A program made the position numbers and the translations under genes. Shown in pieces: positions 42,201-57,200 of a stretch of 64,000 nt of DNA. The notes beneath the pieces were generated by a model. The model made no database searches and had not been told where the DNA came from. It worked only from the letters and a program-made list of their open reading frames with translations. Source of the stretch: Callorhinchus milii (lineage: Eukaryota); NCBI RefSeq assembly GCF_018977255.1, contig NW_024704743.1:97652001-97716000 (forward strand), written 5' to 3'. Each line of letters opens with the position of its first letter. The first letter of the stretch is position 1.

Positions 42201-45200
42201 ACGCCTCCAGCACTGCATTGGAGTGAGTGTCAGCTTAGTCGCTACGAGTTCTAAAACAAGACATGGGGCTTGAACCCATTACCTTCTGACTCAGAGGCGA
42301 GAGTACTACCACCGGAGTCAGCCTGACATACAAGTGGGCCAAAAGTGCAAAGAACTGATAGACAATGGAACTCAGACAGTCCAAAGTACCGAACCACAGC
42401 TGAGGCTGATATTAATGACTGGAGATCTAATGATGGGGTCAGGAGGCTCCAGGGGAGAAAAACATGGGGTATGGAATGAAGTTCTTAACATCTCTACATG
42501 ACATGAAATGAGCAAGTATATGATCCTGTTTGAATTTAATTAAAAGACTGCCATAACAAGGTTGTTTTAAGGAGAACAATAGCAAAGTACTTTTACATTA
42601 TATAAAATGCATTTGATCAGTGATATATCACATTGACTTTACTAATTGGGTACTATCATCAGTGCAATGCCATCATTCTTACGTACAACAGATAAGTGCC
42701 AATTGTTTTTATAACAATATGCAGTATTTTTTTGGGAAAAAAAAACTTCAAATACTGAAAGGCGATATGAAACTAGCAATGGATTCTGTTCATAACGAGT
42801 TACCGAACAAAAGTGCAAATATGGAGGAAATAGTCTACTTCCTACAGACTGTACTACTTATTATTTTTGGACAGCCAGAATCTGGGATTTCACATTCATT
42901 ATCCAAACTCGACAATTTCTCATTATTTTAGGCAATCCAGCAGTTAAGCTGTGATCTACTACTGGAGCCACAAGCAAACTGTGTCTTCTGTACTAAAGCA
43001 TGATTTAATCATTGCTGATAACCAAAGGAAACAGTACAGATGAAGATAAATGAAAGATCTCCAGGAAATGTACTTATTACTACAGATTAAATGCATTCAG
43101 TTTTATAGAACCATTACAAGTGAGCAGGTCCAAACAATAACTTTTCTTGTGGTTTAGTTAAAGCCACAAGCAACCTCATCAATGTCAGTTGTATATCTGG
43201 AAGAAATCAAATTATAAATCAATTTGCTACCATAACCAAGTCACACAAGTCCTGATCAGAAACTAGTCTTTATAGTACAACAACTCTTCTAGGCAACATT
43301 TAGCTCTGTAACTAATTTCAAATAAGAGCTTGAGAAATCTTCAGTTGATATGTGGCATAAAACAGTATCACATATTCACACATTTAAAACACTAAGCCTA
43401 GCGATAACATTTGTTCCCAAATATAATTTTTGCTTATTTGGTATTTTAAAAAATAAACATCTAAACCAAGAACAGGATAGATATTTCACAGATTTAACCT
43501 TGAAGATTTAGAGAAATTGTACTAGGATGCTAATACCCAAGTTTGAAGTTTCTGAAAACCTAATGCAAGCAAACCTAACAACCCTTGATAAACAAATGAC
43601 GGTGACCATTATATTTGAGTTTTTGCTGAACAACACAACAACTGGGTTAGATGAAAGCTCAGAGGAAACTCAATGATAAGGTCAACTAACAGTCTAAGAA
43701 ATTTTGATGCATTAATGAGTTAACTTCTAGTCAGTTTACATTTAATGTTTTAATAACAAAAGACAACGAAAAAGACTACAAAAAACAGACTACATTAGTG
43801 AGTTGACCATAATAGTGCTGACCTTAAGGTAAGTTTCCAATGTACCAGTCAGAAGTGATCCATGAAGGATTATCAGTGTTATTCTCATTCACTATTGTTT
43901 CAATCAAATGGAACACCCTCAGCTGTAGGGAAACAGCTTTACAGTTTTGGCTGAGGACAAAAACAATACTTTTTCTTCTTGACAACGACGACATCCATTA
44001 ACATGGACAGGTAAAATAGGAGCCATGGCAGTAGTCTTTTAAGAACCACGATTAGTCATAGCACTGAAATGAGTAGCATCTTTTAATTTCAAAATAAGTT
44101 TAGCTTTGGTTTTCAGCTTCTTTTGGGCGAAACTAGCTTGATACATTATTTGCATTATTTTGGGGAGAAAGAATGCAATGATGTTTAAAGTTGAATACAT
44201 CGTTAGTTATTTCAGTTTTTTCATGTTCTTCATTGCAGACTTCTTTTTTAATTCCATTCCCCCGTTCCTTTCCCATACCTTTTATTATTTTTTCAGGTTT
44301 CTTACCAACCCAGTGCGTACAATTTAAGTGATGTGGCTTTGTTTCCCATTTAACTGTGCTCAGCCATCCTTGAAGCCAGCCTCAGAATCATGCAGTTGTT
44401 TCTAATTCTCTCTCTCTCACACCAATACGCTGTTTTCATGTGTGAACTGAAACAAGTAATGCTAAACCCAACTCAATTCTATCCTTACTTAATGCCCACA
44501 TTCCAACCAGAGCCATATCTTGCATATTCCTTGTCTGTGTGGCTCAGAAGTATTGTGCGGTTTGAAACAGTACTTGAACTCCCACCTGCAAAAGTCAGTG
44601 ACCGAGTCTTTTCATGTTGAGATATTCCTTTGACAATTTTCTGTCCTTTTATTGCTCAATGTTCCCATGTAACAATATGACAATTTTGGCCACTACTGAA
44701 GTACACCTTACAGTTCAAGTGAATCTCAATTTTTGTTAAGTCAATCTCCCTTTGTCATTGTTATTGTGATAAAAATGTGTTAAATTAAGGCATAATAATA
44801 AGTGCAAACCTAAATTTTGCATGATTAGTGAGATCAGCTCATGAATTTTAAATCCATTTAAACGTGCAATTATGAGAAGCGAAAAATAATTGTTAACTTA
44901 CAGGAATTTCTTAAGTCTTCAATGAACACGTGAGGAAAGGAAGTGAATGATACATGGTAATAATTTTGAGAGGATTTAAGATTACTCCCATGGTATAGCA
45001 CTTATAAAAATAGGTAAAGAGTGGCATACAATATCTTCCTTTTTCTAAAAGCAAAGAGGATTCAAAATCTGACAAATGAACTGATTATTATAACATTTAA
45101 TTAGGTTTCCATTATGAGCCAAATGAGATTGAATAATCAAGTTCTAATTACCTTTTTCATGAAACTTATATCTTGCTTTGAGCTCTTTTCCCTTTTTATC

Positions 45201-48200
45201 TTCAGTGTCGAAACATCAGGGATGATTCTAATTGGAAAGGAGTTCGACAACACTCAATAATTGAACAGAATATTCCACCAGAAATTAGTGACATTTCCTA
45301 ATAATCATCCTTGCATTTGGTATATTGCCAAGTCACATGATCGAGATGTTTCAAAGTGTTTCCTTCACAGGATTTTACTGCAAAGATTTACACAAATAAT
45401 AATAATCCTTGCATTTGAAACAAAGACTGTGTTTAAGGCGAACGCAGCAGCCACTTTAGACACAGCAATCTCCCTCAAACAGCCATGTAGGAAGTGACCA
45501 ATTTTACTTGGGGGATTGTTCACTCGAACACCAGAAATAATTCCTTTCATAAAATAAATAAATCCATAAAATCCAAACCATTCAAAACTCTGCCACCCGC
45601 ATTCTCATCCGCACGAAACTCCGTCCCCGATTACGCCAGTCCTTGCCAGACTGCACTGGCTGTCTGTCCCAGAGAGGATCGATTTCAAGATCCTCACCCT
45701 TGTATTCAAGTCCCTGCACTCCTCTGTACCTCCCTACCTCTCCTCAAAACAGTACCCGTTGCCTTCGTTCCTCCGGGTCTGGCCTCCTCCTCGTCCACCG
45801 AGTCCTCCGCTCCACCCTCGGTGGTCATGCCTTCAACTATGCCCCGATGCTCTGGAACTGCCTTCCTCACTCCCTTCGTCTCACTCCCTCCCTTCCCATT
45901 TTCAGGTCTCTGCTGAAGACCCTCCTTTTCGGCCGCGCCTTTGGTCACCTTCCTCCCCCTCCCCCCGGCTCGGTCCCGGGATCTGTTACTGTAAAGCGCT
46001 CTGAGACGCCGTCCGGCGTGGAGGGCGCTATATAAATCCAAGTTGTTGTTGTTGTAAATGAAGGAACCTAGATGTGGTGTTTGAAACAAAGAATGTTGGC
46101 GTTTGGAAATTTCCATTTTATCTTGGAGCTTTTTAACTGTCGATCAACTCACAAAATGTCAGGACAGATGCAATGATCCCAGAACATTAATTGTTGCGAA
46201 GTATAAATTTTGATTGCAAAATGAGCGTCCTCCCGACGTGAAAGGTGCTGTACAAATGTAATTTTGTATTAAGAAAATTCAGCAGATGCAGGATGCAACC
46301 ACGCCAAATGGTACTTGTGCAAGTTTCATACATCAACATTTTTAGCCAGGTTTCTGTAAATCAGGTGGCTAAACCGAATGCCGATATCCAGATCAAAGCC
46401 TCAGCAATTGGAGTTTGCTTAAAATGACAACCAAAACTCATCTAATAACCTTATAAAAGCAATGGAAAGAATAAATATAATCATGCGTATAAGAGAAAAT
46501 GTTCACTGGAGAAATAAGCAAGATTATTACAGTATGTGCTGAGTCTGACGCCCACTTATGTACAAAACAAACATTAAATAACATACAACGTTTTTAGTTT
46601 ACCTCATTCCTTTAAATTTTGCTTTGTTGTCATGACGATCAATAAGGCTGTGCAGAATCTGGAGCACCAGTTGTCTCAGTTCACTGTCTTCCATTAGAGA
46701 GACTGACAATAATGGTTCTAAAAACGGAGCTGGAAGGGCAGCTGCTATACTTTTCGCTTTATATCCAGATGTTACCTAATTTAAAAACAATGAACAAGAC
46801 AATATGAATTTACTATCTTGAACCATCTTTTGGTTCCTGGTAGTTTTCAGTTAAATGGTCAAATTAGGGTAACTGTGTTCTATTTCCTTTTTAATATTTC
46901 TGTATGGTAAGCTGCTAATTTGGCCATTAAAGCATTTTCCAGGATAGAAATTGGTCCAAGTGCTAACAAAACAAGGTAAGGTTGTACATTTTATATGTTT
47001 GACCCGAGTTTGGTCACCAGAAGAAGAGAGAAAAAGAGTTAAGACACCATTAATGCATTTGGATTCAATTATTCTAGGATTATTATTAAATGGAGAGAGT
47101 TTTTAGAGAGCAGTTTTTATTCAAGAGGAGATTGGACCTAGGTACAATACTGAAACAAGCATTGCAGTATTTTGTTATGAGTGCTATCATTCTATTTCTA
47201 TAGCAAGTTCTTTAAATATAAAGTACTCCATCCTGGACTACAGTTCCAATATAGTATCAAAATATAGTACTTTGCACTTAGATTACAGATTATCAAATTA
47301 CAGGAAGAAAAAAAAAGTAAAGTGTACAAAATTGTTAACAATTCTTGATTTTTTTGTTTCTGTCTTGATACTTACCATAAACAGTGACCTTAGGAGCATG
47401 ACCTGGATCCTTCTAGTTGCTTGTTCCCTGTAAATATAATAGAAATAATAATAATAATACTTACATTTGATATACAGTAGCATCTTTCACATTGAGAAGA
47501 TATTTCAAAACACTTCACAGGATATATTATAAAATAGAATGACTCATTTTTATAGGTGAATGTGGCAGCCAAGTTGCAGAACTCAATGAAGTGAACGACC
47601 AATTTTATCTGGGGTATTGTTGGCCAGGACACTGGAGAAACTCCATTCCCTTTTTGAACAGTATCATGTGACATTCAGCAAATTCTACCTCTAAATTCTA
47701 ACTCTAAAATACTACATAAATATAGCTTTACCATTTGTAAAATGTCATGTGTAAAGGTAAAATGTTGATCACATGCTTGGACTATTTTAAGAGTAGTGCC
47801 CAACTACAAAAAATGTCAGTTGAAAACGTTCAAATACAGTATTTATTTGCAGCTGTATTATATAAAGAAAATGAAATTGCATTTGCAAAGCACCTTATCA
47901 CATCAAAATGCTAGAAGGGCATTGACTGTTTTAAGTAGGCAAACACGACAGCCATGTCCCAACAAAAACAACTTAGTGTCTTTATTTAATGCCTTTATTG
48001 TTGAACAACATTATAGGAAGAACGTGACAAACTGTAATTGAAGCTAGAGGTAATTTTTTTGTAGGAAGGGTTTGGAATGGGAAATTTCAGAGAACGGCAT
48101 GCTGGCTAGAAATTTGGCAGCAGATGGGTTGGCGGAGGAGGCTAGAGACATGCAGGAAATATGAGTTTATGGAACAGAGGGGCTAGATTATATTTCCGTA

Positions 48201-51200
48201 TTTAAAAACTTGAAGAAAAAAATGTATCCTGCTTCTAAAAATACATTTAAGCACTTCAGTAATACTGGCCAAAATTAAACACGGAGATTATTCAAGTATA
48301 ATTTTTTTTGCTAATTTTGCTTTTAAAGAACAGAAACTTCTAATCCCTGGAAGGCTGGAGATTTATTGAAATGTGCTAAGTTTTTAAAAGTGCATTGAGT
48401 ACTTTTATGACATCTTAAAGCAATATTTTTTCAAATTCTTGAACATTTTGTCCTAGACTAACTGTAACACTTTTTACTTTGTGTTGCATGAATAAAACAT
48501 TTTATTATTTGGGCTCAGAAATGTTTTCAATGCTCATGCTCAAAAGCAGCTTTCTATTTGTACCCCCCTCCCCATCCCTCTAAGTGCAAATCACATGAAC
48601 TAAATGGTTTTCAAATTGAGCCAGTTTATAAAAAGACGCATCATACCGCAAATCCTGCTGTGAAAAGCACTAAGTGTCTGAACGGCACAGGGGTTATTTT
48701 TCATTAGACACAGGAGAAGTGAAATACTAAGGGAGATCTATGTAAAATTTTGGAGCACAATAGTCATCTCTGCATGGAAACAATGACCTTTAAAAGAATC
48801 AAACTCCTCCTGGGAACATTCTGGGCTTCGATAATCTGCAGCTATTTAAAGGAGACTGATGCACATTAACATGCCACCTTACCGATGTACTTTTTTAAAA
48901 AAAAACAGAAAACATTCATCTCCAGGACTTCCTAACAGACACCAGCAAATGCATAAAATCTCATTGCAATAAACACAAAAAGTTTTATCCTCTGTAGAGA
49001 TGTGCATTGGGTCGAGCCTCCTTCCTGGTCTTCTTTTAAATGACCTTCTTGGTGCGGTGAAATCAAATGAAATTAAGATGCCACTTTTGTGCACACCAAG
49101 TAACACAAATCACCTGTGCATTTTTCAGACTGAGCCACTTGTGCGATTGTACTATTGCTACAAGACTGACTTAAAGCTTGCTGCTTAGTGGGTAAAGTGC
49201 TAATACGCTACCTTTATCTTTACTAGTCTATCCAGTGAAATGTGCTCATAGCTGGCTGGCCAGTCCAATTTTGTGAGTTGGCGAGGTTGTCACTCATTGC
49301 ACTTTTAAGATGGAAGCAGATCTCTGATATGGTTGATTTCAGGAGGAAATCTAATTGGTTCGGTAACATGCAGTGACTTTGTTACAGCAATTTGCAGACT
49401 GGAGCAAGCAAAACAATATTTCTCATGAGTTTGTATAATTTTTTTTCATACTGATAACAAATCTCAGATTTGTGCATCTGTGTTACCCTCAAAGCTGGTT
49501 TAAATATGTCCATGCACCTTTATAGGTATTCTTTCAGCACAGTTTTTCGTAACAATTGTACTCTCCTGTCTAAATGGTAGCATTTAACACCAAATGTGGA
49601 CAAATTACTAGACTCCATCATTGAGGCAATGAGGAACTGAGCACCTGGATAAACACATTTGGTGTTAAATTCTACCATTTAGACAGGAGAGTATGATGAA
49701 GCATGGCTTTGTGAAAGATCAGTCACCTAAAAGTTTTTTTGACAGAGTCACTGACATGATAGATAGAGCATCAATGAATGTAATTCATATTGATTTTCAG
49801 AAAGCATTTGATAAATATTACATCACAGATTACTAGCTAAACTGAAGCCAAAGGAGGCTTGTGTATTGAATTGGCTGGAAAAGTAGATACAGATTTAGAA
49901 TGAAGGTGATGGATTGGCAGGTAGGGCATCCCCCAAGAATCATCTCTGGTGCCTTAGCTTTTCCTGCTGTGTCAACTGGATATCTACAAAGAATGTACAA
50001 CACGGAAACAGGTCACTTGACTCAACCAGTCCGTGCCAGTGTTTATACTCCATAGTTTCTACCCATTCCTTACTCTCTCCCAAAACCTTCAATTCCCTTC
50101 TTCCTCATGTGGAGGTCTAGCTCCCTCTTGAATGAATCTACACTGTTTCATTAACCACCGCTTTAGACAGCGAGTTCCACAATCTAATTTCTCTCTGCGT
50201 GAAGTTGTTCCTCCTAACGTCTCTTTTAGATCCCCCAGTCACTAGCTTATAAATATATCTCCTGGTTACATGGATCAGCCTATTCATGCTAAGCGTATCA
50301 AACCCTTTTATAATTTGAAACACCTCCACTAGGTTCCCTCTAAAACATCTCTATCGTAAAAAGGCCTAACCAGTCTATCCTGATAGCAGTAATCTGCCAG
50401 CACTGGCATCATCCCAGTAAAGCCCTGGTGTCATCCCAGAAAAGGATAGGATAAATATCTGACATATGTAGAAACCCAGTACCATGCTTATCAATTTCAA
50501 AAACAGAGAGTGTTGGACATATATATGCCAACATATGTGGAAATGTCCATGTCTGGAATGGAATGTATACTCTCACTAGAGAGACAATGCAAAATTACAT
50601 TTATACAGTGCTTCCACATTGCGAGGACATCCCTATGTGCTTGACAGTCCTGTCATGACACCCAAGCTGAGGATGGGAACTGAGGGGGATGGTGGGGGGA
50701 GATGAATAATAGTGCGGACAAAGAGGAAGTTCTTGAGATGGACCTTGAATGAGGTGAGGGGGTGAATTGGTGGGTTTCCGGGAATGGGATTTCAGAGAGT
50801 GGGGCCAGGGTGGGACACACCCTGTTTACCTAAATAACTATATTTTAAGTGAGAAACTAGCCTGCTAGAGACTGGACATATTGAACCTACCATCTGGAAA
50901 AGAACCGATGTGTTGAATTTCTCAGGTGAAATTAATTGCTCAGACAACGGATGTGGCAGATCCAACTTCAGCCAGTTCCTATTATACTGAGCTCAGATTG
51001 GATTTCTTCCCAGTCCTAGATGCCTACCCCACTGCTCCAGCACATTAAACATTCAGTACCAATCAGAGCTGCTGTTAATAACATTTCTTTGTTGCAGTTT
51101 TTTTTAAAAAAAGAAAAGGGCCATCAATGACTACATTCACTTATTAAAGAGTGGGAAATGAAAAAACAGATACCTTAAGAGAAAAAACATGTAAATTATT

Positions 51201-54200
51201 TCAGTAGCTGCTTGTCATTGCACACAAGTGAGCGCAAAAAATAAATGTCAAGACTGAGGAAATTTAATTTGGAAATGTGCTTTGCGGACACTTAAATTCT
51301 AGCCTATAAAGTGTAAAAAGGGCTTTGTAGTTTCAGAACTTACTGACATTTAAAACACTGAAGACTGATTTTGGCCTTTAAATTAAAACTGTCACTCATA
51401 GAAAAAGTGAAGCCAGTCGAAAAATCCAATTAAGCTAAATGTACGTAAGCTTCACAGCTCTGCAGAATTGACAACAATTACAGTGCTGATTTAATCTATT
51501 CAAGTATTACATTACAAAATTCTCAACAGTACATATAGTTGTGTATTTTACATTCCTTTGAATACTATATAATTGCAAAAAGACATTTTTGTAACAAAAC
51601 CACAGTGAAATAAATTTCAACTTATTTATTTTTCTTAGCAAGAAGGTCATTTGGCACAATTGCTCAAACTATGAACCTAACTATGCAGGGGCAGTCAATA
51701 CATCTGTTTTTGTAATCCTGAATTCTATAAACAGAATTTTAGACGAAGACACTCAGTCTGGGAAATGTGCCTGAGCCGAGAGGGCATCACAATATATTTC
51801 CATGCAAAGTCAATATTTTTGCTGCATCAAGATGTTTGATCACATCAAAAATCAATTGAATAAAACCTGGTCGTTAAAGTTCAAGACTGAAATACATCTG
51901 GAATAATCTTTCACTGGGTATTAATGAAAGATGCAGGTTAGACATTATAAGTGGATTATTTAATATAATGGATTATATTATATAAGTGGAGTCCTGTAGC
52001 TCAGTGGTTAGAGCACTCGCCTTGCAAGCGAGACACCTGTGTTCAATTCCAGGCAGGGCGAAACCTTGGGCAAGTTTCCTTACTCCACACACCTAATAAT
52101 AATCCCTCCAAAACAAAACAGTAATAAATTGGTCATTTTCAATCCACGACTGTTTGTTGGATACTGCTGTGCGCAATTGGCTGCCGCGTTTCGCCCACAA
52201 ATATACAGTCAATTCACTTTAGTCTATTCTATGAAGCGCTTTGAGACGTCGAGAAGACGTGAAAAGCGCTATATCAAATGCAAGGATTATTATTATTATT
52301 ATTAGTTATGGCGTGTAAACCGGTTTCTTTTCTGACACAAAAGAAGTGACAATTTACCCAGATTGGCTGGTATCCAGTGTATGTGAGGTGCCATCGTAAA
52401 CAGGAACTTTCCCCATAATAAACATTATAATTTCCGATCTTTGGTAATCTGGAAGATTGCTCCCAAAGAATCCTAAAACAAAAACACAAAGTTCAGTTTG
52501 TTTTTCAGTAACACAATTATGGTTAGAGGTTGAGCACCTTCATACAATAACAGAACTAAGCAGAATCAAAGTCACTTAGAATCTGGAAAAAATAGAATTT
52601 TCTTAGACTGGTACAGCAAGTAAATTACATTTTAATCTCAAAGCATTTAAATGTTTCTGATTATGTTACTTCTACTGATGGGGCTGAAAGACAATGCACA
52701 TTTATATATATATATATCTATAAAAAAGGTATGTGTGAAAAATCGAGAAGCAAAGAAAAGCGGCAAGGAAAGTAAAGATGCATAAAGAACAGGGAAATGA
52801 TAAACAAATAAAGTGATGAATATCTAATAGTAATCATAATAATTATGCTAATCTTTACATTTGGTAGTGTCTTTCATGTCAGGAAGAGGTATCAAAGAGC
52901 TTCACAGAATATACTGTGGAGTGACTGTTTGTGTTATCAGTTAAGCTTTTTTTTAATCAGGAGAAATATACATTTATATTAAAAGGATATTTATAACAGA
53001 CTAAAGGCACTACATTGTAGACTCTAAGTCAGCATACCTATTCTCAGGGAGAATTCCAATACATCAAAAGACCCTACTATACAGAATTAAGTAAACAAGT
53101 AAACAAATAAATTTTTTCATGTTTAATACTTATGTAATGGTATGACATATCCCAAACACAATACTAATCATTCCATATTATTTGTACATTTAAGGTCACA
53201 TATGAAAGAAACCTTTACTTGGCTGTGAAAGCATTGACAATACAATTTGTCAAAATCCAACGTTGTTGCAATTGTTGACTGTGGAATTTACAAAATTATT
53301 GTAGGAAAGAGATAATTTTTGTAGGACAAAGTGAGGAACAATAAAAGCCATTCAGAGAAAATCCATCAATTTATTCACTATTGCTAGATACTTCAAGTAA
53401 ACTGCCTGATTATATTTAAAATCCTTCTTCCCCAAGTATCTTTACCTGCTTTACAAATGCTTCTATTCAAAATGTTCATCAGTTTATCAGATTATTAATA
53501 TCCAGAAATTGCAAATGCACAATTATTTGCATTGTTCACATTCTTTTTTTTTTACATTTAACAAATGTAACATGACTTCTTTAGAATTAATGATGAACAA
53601 ATAGCCCACGTAAAAATCTTTTCCTGTTAATATGAACAGGAGTATATTCTCCTGTATAAAAAATAAAATAAAAGGTAAGTGGGATAATTTAGAAATACAA
53701 TCTGTACAAAACGATGCTCAGGCAACAGTTGGAATATTATGGCCAATCTGGGGTTCCTCATTATAGGAAAGATGTTTCAAAATCAGGAAAGGTCCAGAAC
53801 AGAGATTAGGAAAAAAAATCACAGAGAGTGGGACTTGGGGTGACTCAGCAACCATGTGCACGTCCAAAAAAAAACTGGACATGTGGTTAGGAGAGAATGA
53901 AGTTAAGGTATATGGGGAAAAAATGGTTATGGGACTAGGGATAGGATATAGGATGGGCACTTGTGTGGAGTATAAACACCAACCTGACTGGAAGGGCCTT
54001 TTCTGAGCTGTAGCTTTTATGAATCTACCAACAGAAATAGCATAAATGTAGTGGAACAAATAACCTTCTAGGCTGAAAAATGCTTTCTTTCTATTATTGT
54101 TCAATGGTTCCATTGCAGAAAGCCATCCAAATATTACAGCTACTACAGATGTTGCTGGATTTTTTAAAAGGTTATTGTGTTGCGCTCCAGTCATTTATAG

Positions 54201-57200
54201 AAACAATCTATCTAGCTCTGGGAGACATTAGTAAACTAAAAGATCACTTCCAAGAAAAGCAATTTTTCTGGTACCACATAAATGATTTTTCTTCTTAAAA
54301 CTTGCACTTACTTTGGAAGTCCTCCCGACGTGAAAGGCGCTATACAAATGTAATCTTGGCGTTGTTACTTTTAACAGTAATTGCAAAAGCAATTTGCTGA
54401 ATATCTGCAATTCACTATAAGACTGATGGGAAAGTTGCTATAAATCCCAATTTTGGGCGGCTTTTTTTAATTTAAAACACGGTATGGGCATGTAAAACAG
54501 GAAAGATAGTAAGATTCCCAGAAGGTCTTGATCTTTGGGGGAGCAGTGCTTGCTCATCTCCATTTCAATGGTTTTTTTAGTCGAGAGTTGCATTCCGAAT
54601 TTGTCCCCAGTATTCACTTTACTGTTCTCAAAGGGATAGAAGCCTGACAAAAGTCAAGCACTTTACCAAATGAGCGAGCCCATTTTTGGAAAGATTTAAA
54701 TACCTCATCTACTCATCTTTGTCATGTTAATAACTTTTACAGTATTATAATCCACAGTACGATTTCCTCTCAATCAATCAAGCTTAAAGTAATTTTTCTT
54801 GAATGTCTCAAAACCTTTTATCAACTGCCGCCACCACTAACTGCAGGTTTTCTCTCATTTTGACTTAAATAATGTAGAAATAATTGTATGCTGTGAAGAC
54901 AAAGTATGCACTAGGCATAAGAGAGATTTATGTATCTCTAAGGCATCCAGTGATCGTAAATTAGGTTTTCATTAATTATATTAAATGAGATAACTTAATC
55001 GGGTCGTGCTGTACTTGGCAGCACAAAGGAACCAACTGAAATATTTTTATAGCCCACCCTGTTGTACACAGCAAGATCAGTATTTACTTCTTGCCAATAC
55101 ATCTGGTTTAAAATCCTTTATGTAATTTTGGTGCTTGCGGTTTAGAATTCACAGGATCACTAGTAGTAATTTAAGTGAGTAGAAATGGTATTCTACTCTT
55201 GGCAGTTTCAAGAACAAAAAAGGATTGAAACAAAACAGATGACCTACAGAACAAGAAGTCCGATCCAAACTAATGAGATCATCCAAAGAATGACTCATTT
55301 TCAAGTGGAGCCGGAAGATTGCCTGAGTAATATTTTTTTGACATCAGCATTGCGTGGATGACACATCAAGTACAAAGCTACTTCTCACCATGGACGACTG
55401 AAGTCTCAGCTTCAGATGTGCAAAGTCTAGTTATTTACAAAGCAACAGAAGCCTCCCTGAAGCAGCAGGGAAATGAGATGCATTTCTCCCGTCTTATAAC
55501 CAACTGTTACTTTCGCAACATTAACCTCTGTCCTGCTCGCGAATCTTCCCTCTTTACTCAATCAGCACAAATACACACATACACTTTTAGACCAATATTG
55601 GCAGATGTTCCCTCCCTAGCTAACTTACGGAACATTTTCAAAAAGTGGAAAAAGAAATGAATCAGCCCGTTTACTTACAAGGACATAACTGTAGATTTAC
55701 TACTTTTGGTTTTAAATGATTTTACTATTTCCCCAGCAGTCTGAAAATTGTAAATTCTGGAGACACACTTTCTGAATCGCTGAGGGCATACTGAGTATGG
55801 TAACAAATGGCATTATTTATAATGATAATAATCCTTGCATTTGTTACAGTGCCTTATCACGTCATTAAGACATCTTAAAGTGTTTCACAGAATATGTTGT
55901 AAAATGGATTTGTGGGTGAAACATGGAAGCCAATTGCGCATAGCAATGTCCCACAAAGTCATGGTTTGATTTTTTTTGGAGGGACTATTACTCTCGGTAA
56001 GCGATCCGCCAAACGACTAACAACCGGGGTCCTATTTACTGCGCTAGTAAACCGAAGAGTGTGGAATAAGGGAACTTGTCTAAGGTTTGCCCCCCTAGGA
56101 AATGAACCCGGGTTCTCTTGCTTGCAAGGTGAATGCACTCACCAATCCAGAACACTTATACAGCATCCCTACACCCATTGTATTTTACAGTACACTCAAC
56201 ATTTGAATAGCAGGTACATTAGTTACGTTAAATGTCATGTTTCCTAATGAAAGGAAAATATTAGAAAGTGTTAACACATTGACTATAAATGGTACTATTT
56301 TATTTTGAATGGGAACTTCACCGTCACATAGTCCGCTCTTCTCCTCAACCTGTGTTTTGTTATTTAACAAACACAAACTGAAGCAGAAGTTTTCATTGAA
56401 AGATCCAATTCTCACTTCTATTCAGATCTGTTACACACTCACACACACACAAAAAGGTATCTGGTGGTCACATCTAAGAATCTACACCTCAAGGGAAGCT
56501 TGAAAAATACTGGAGCGAATGTTGTCTATCCTGAACTGTGACTATGAGGCTCAATAAGAGCACGCAGGCTGCTTTAGACAGCTGCCTTACAAATGACCTT
56601 GAAAGGCACAATGTCAACTCAGGAGGTTTTGCCCACAGCGCAAGTAAAGTGAGCTCTGTTTTTGCCTAGTGTTTGCTCCCCAGTTGGACAGAATCCACAA
56701 TTAGATGCAATCCACAACCCCAATGGTTTACTTAAAGCTCCAATTTTTTTTAAATATGTCTGGAGCAACACCTTTTATACGATTTTCATAGAAATACCAA
56801 CATACTACTACACATATATCTAGCATTTTTCTTTAACAGAGGAAACATGGGGCAACTCTAACAATACCACAATTTTGGGCACAAATGAAACGTAATGAGA
56901 TAGTGATGTTCAGCACCATAGCATTGTTCATAATCTCACAATAAGTAAGTAAGTTTCTCTTGCCCAGCTATTTTCTACAAATAATTATACTAATGTAGGG
57001 CTTCTGTTTTTCAGTGTTTATTCATTTCATTTTTCTGGGTTTACTTGTTTTAGGAATTTGAGGGTTTATAAATTGGGCTTTTCAGGGCTTTCGTTACTGT
57101 AACGCATGTGCTCATAGAGGGGAGAGAGCCTGCCTCAGTTATGCGCAGTGCCTCAGTAATCTTTCACATGCAAACGCTTTACCAGACTCGTAAGTAAGAG

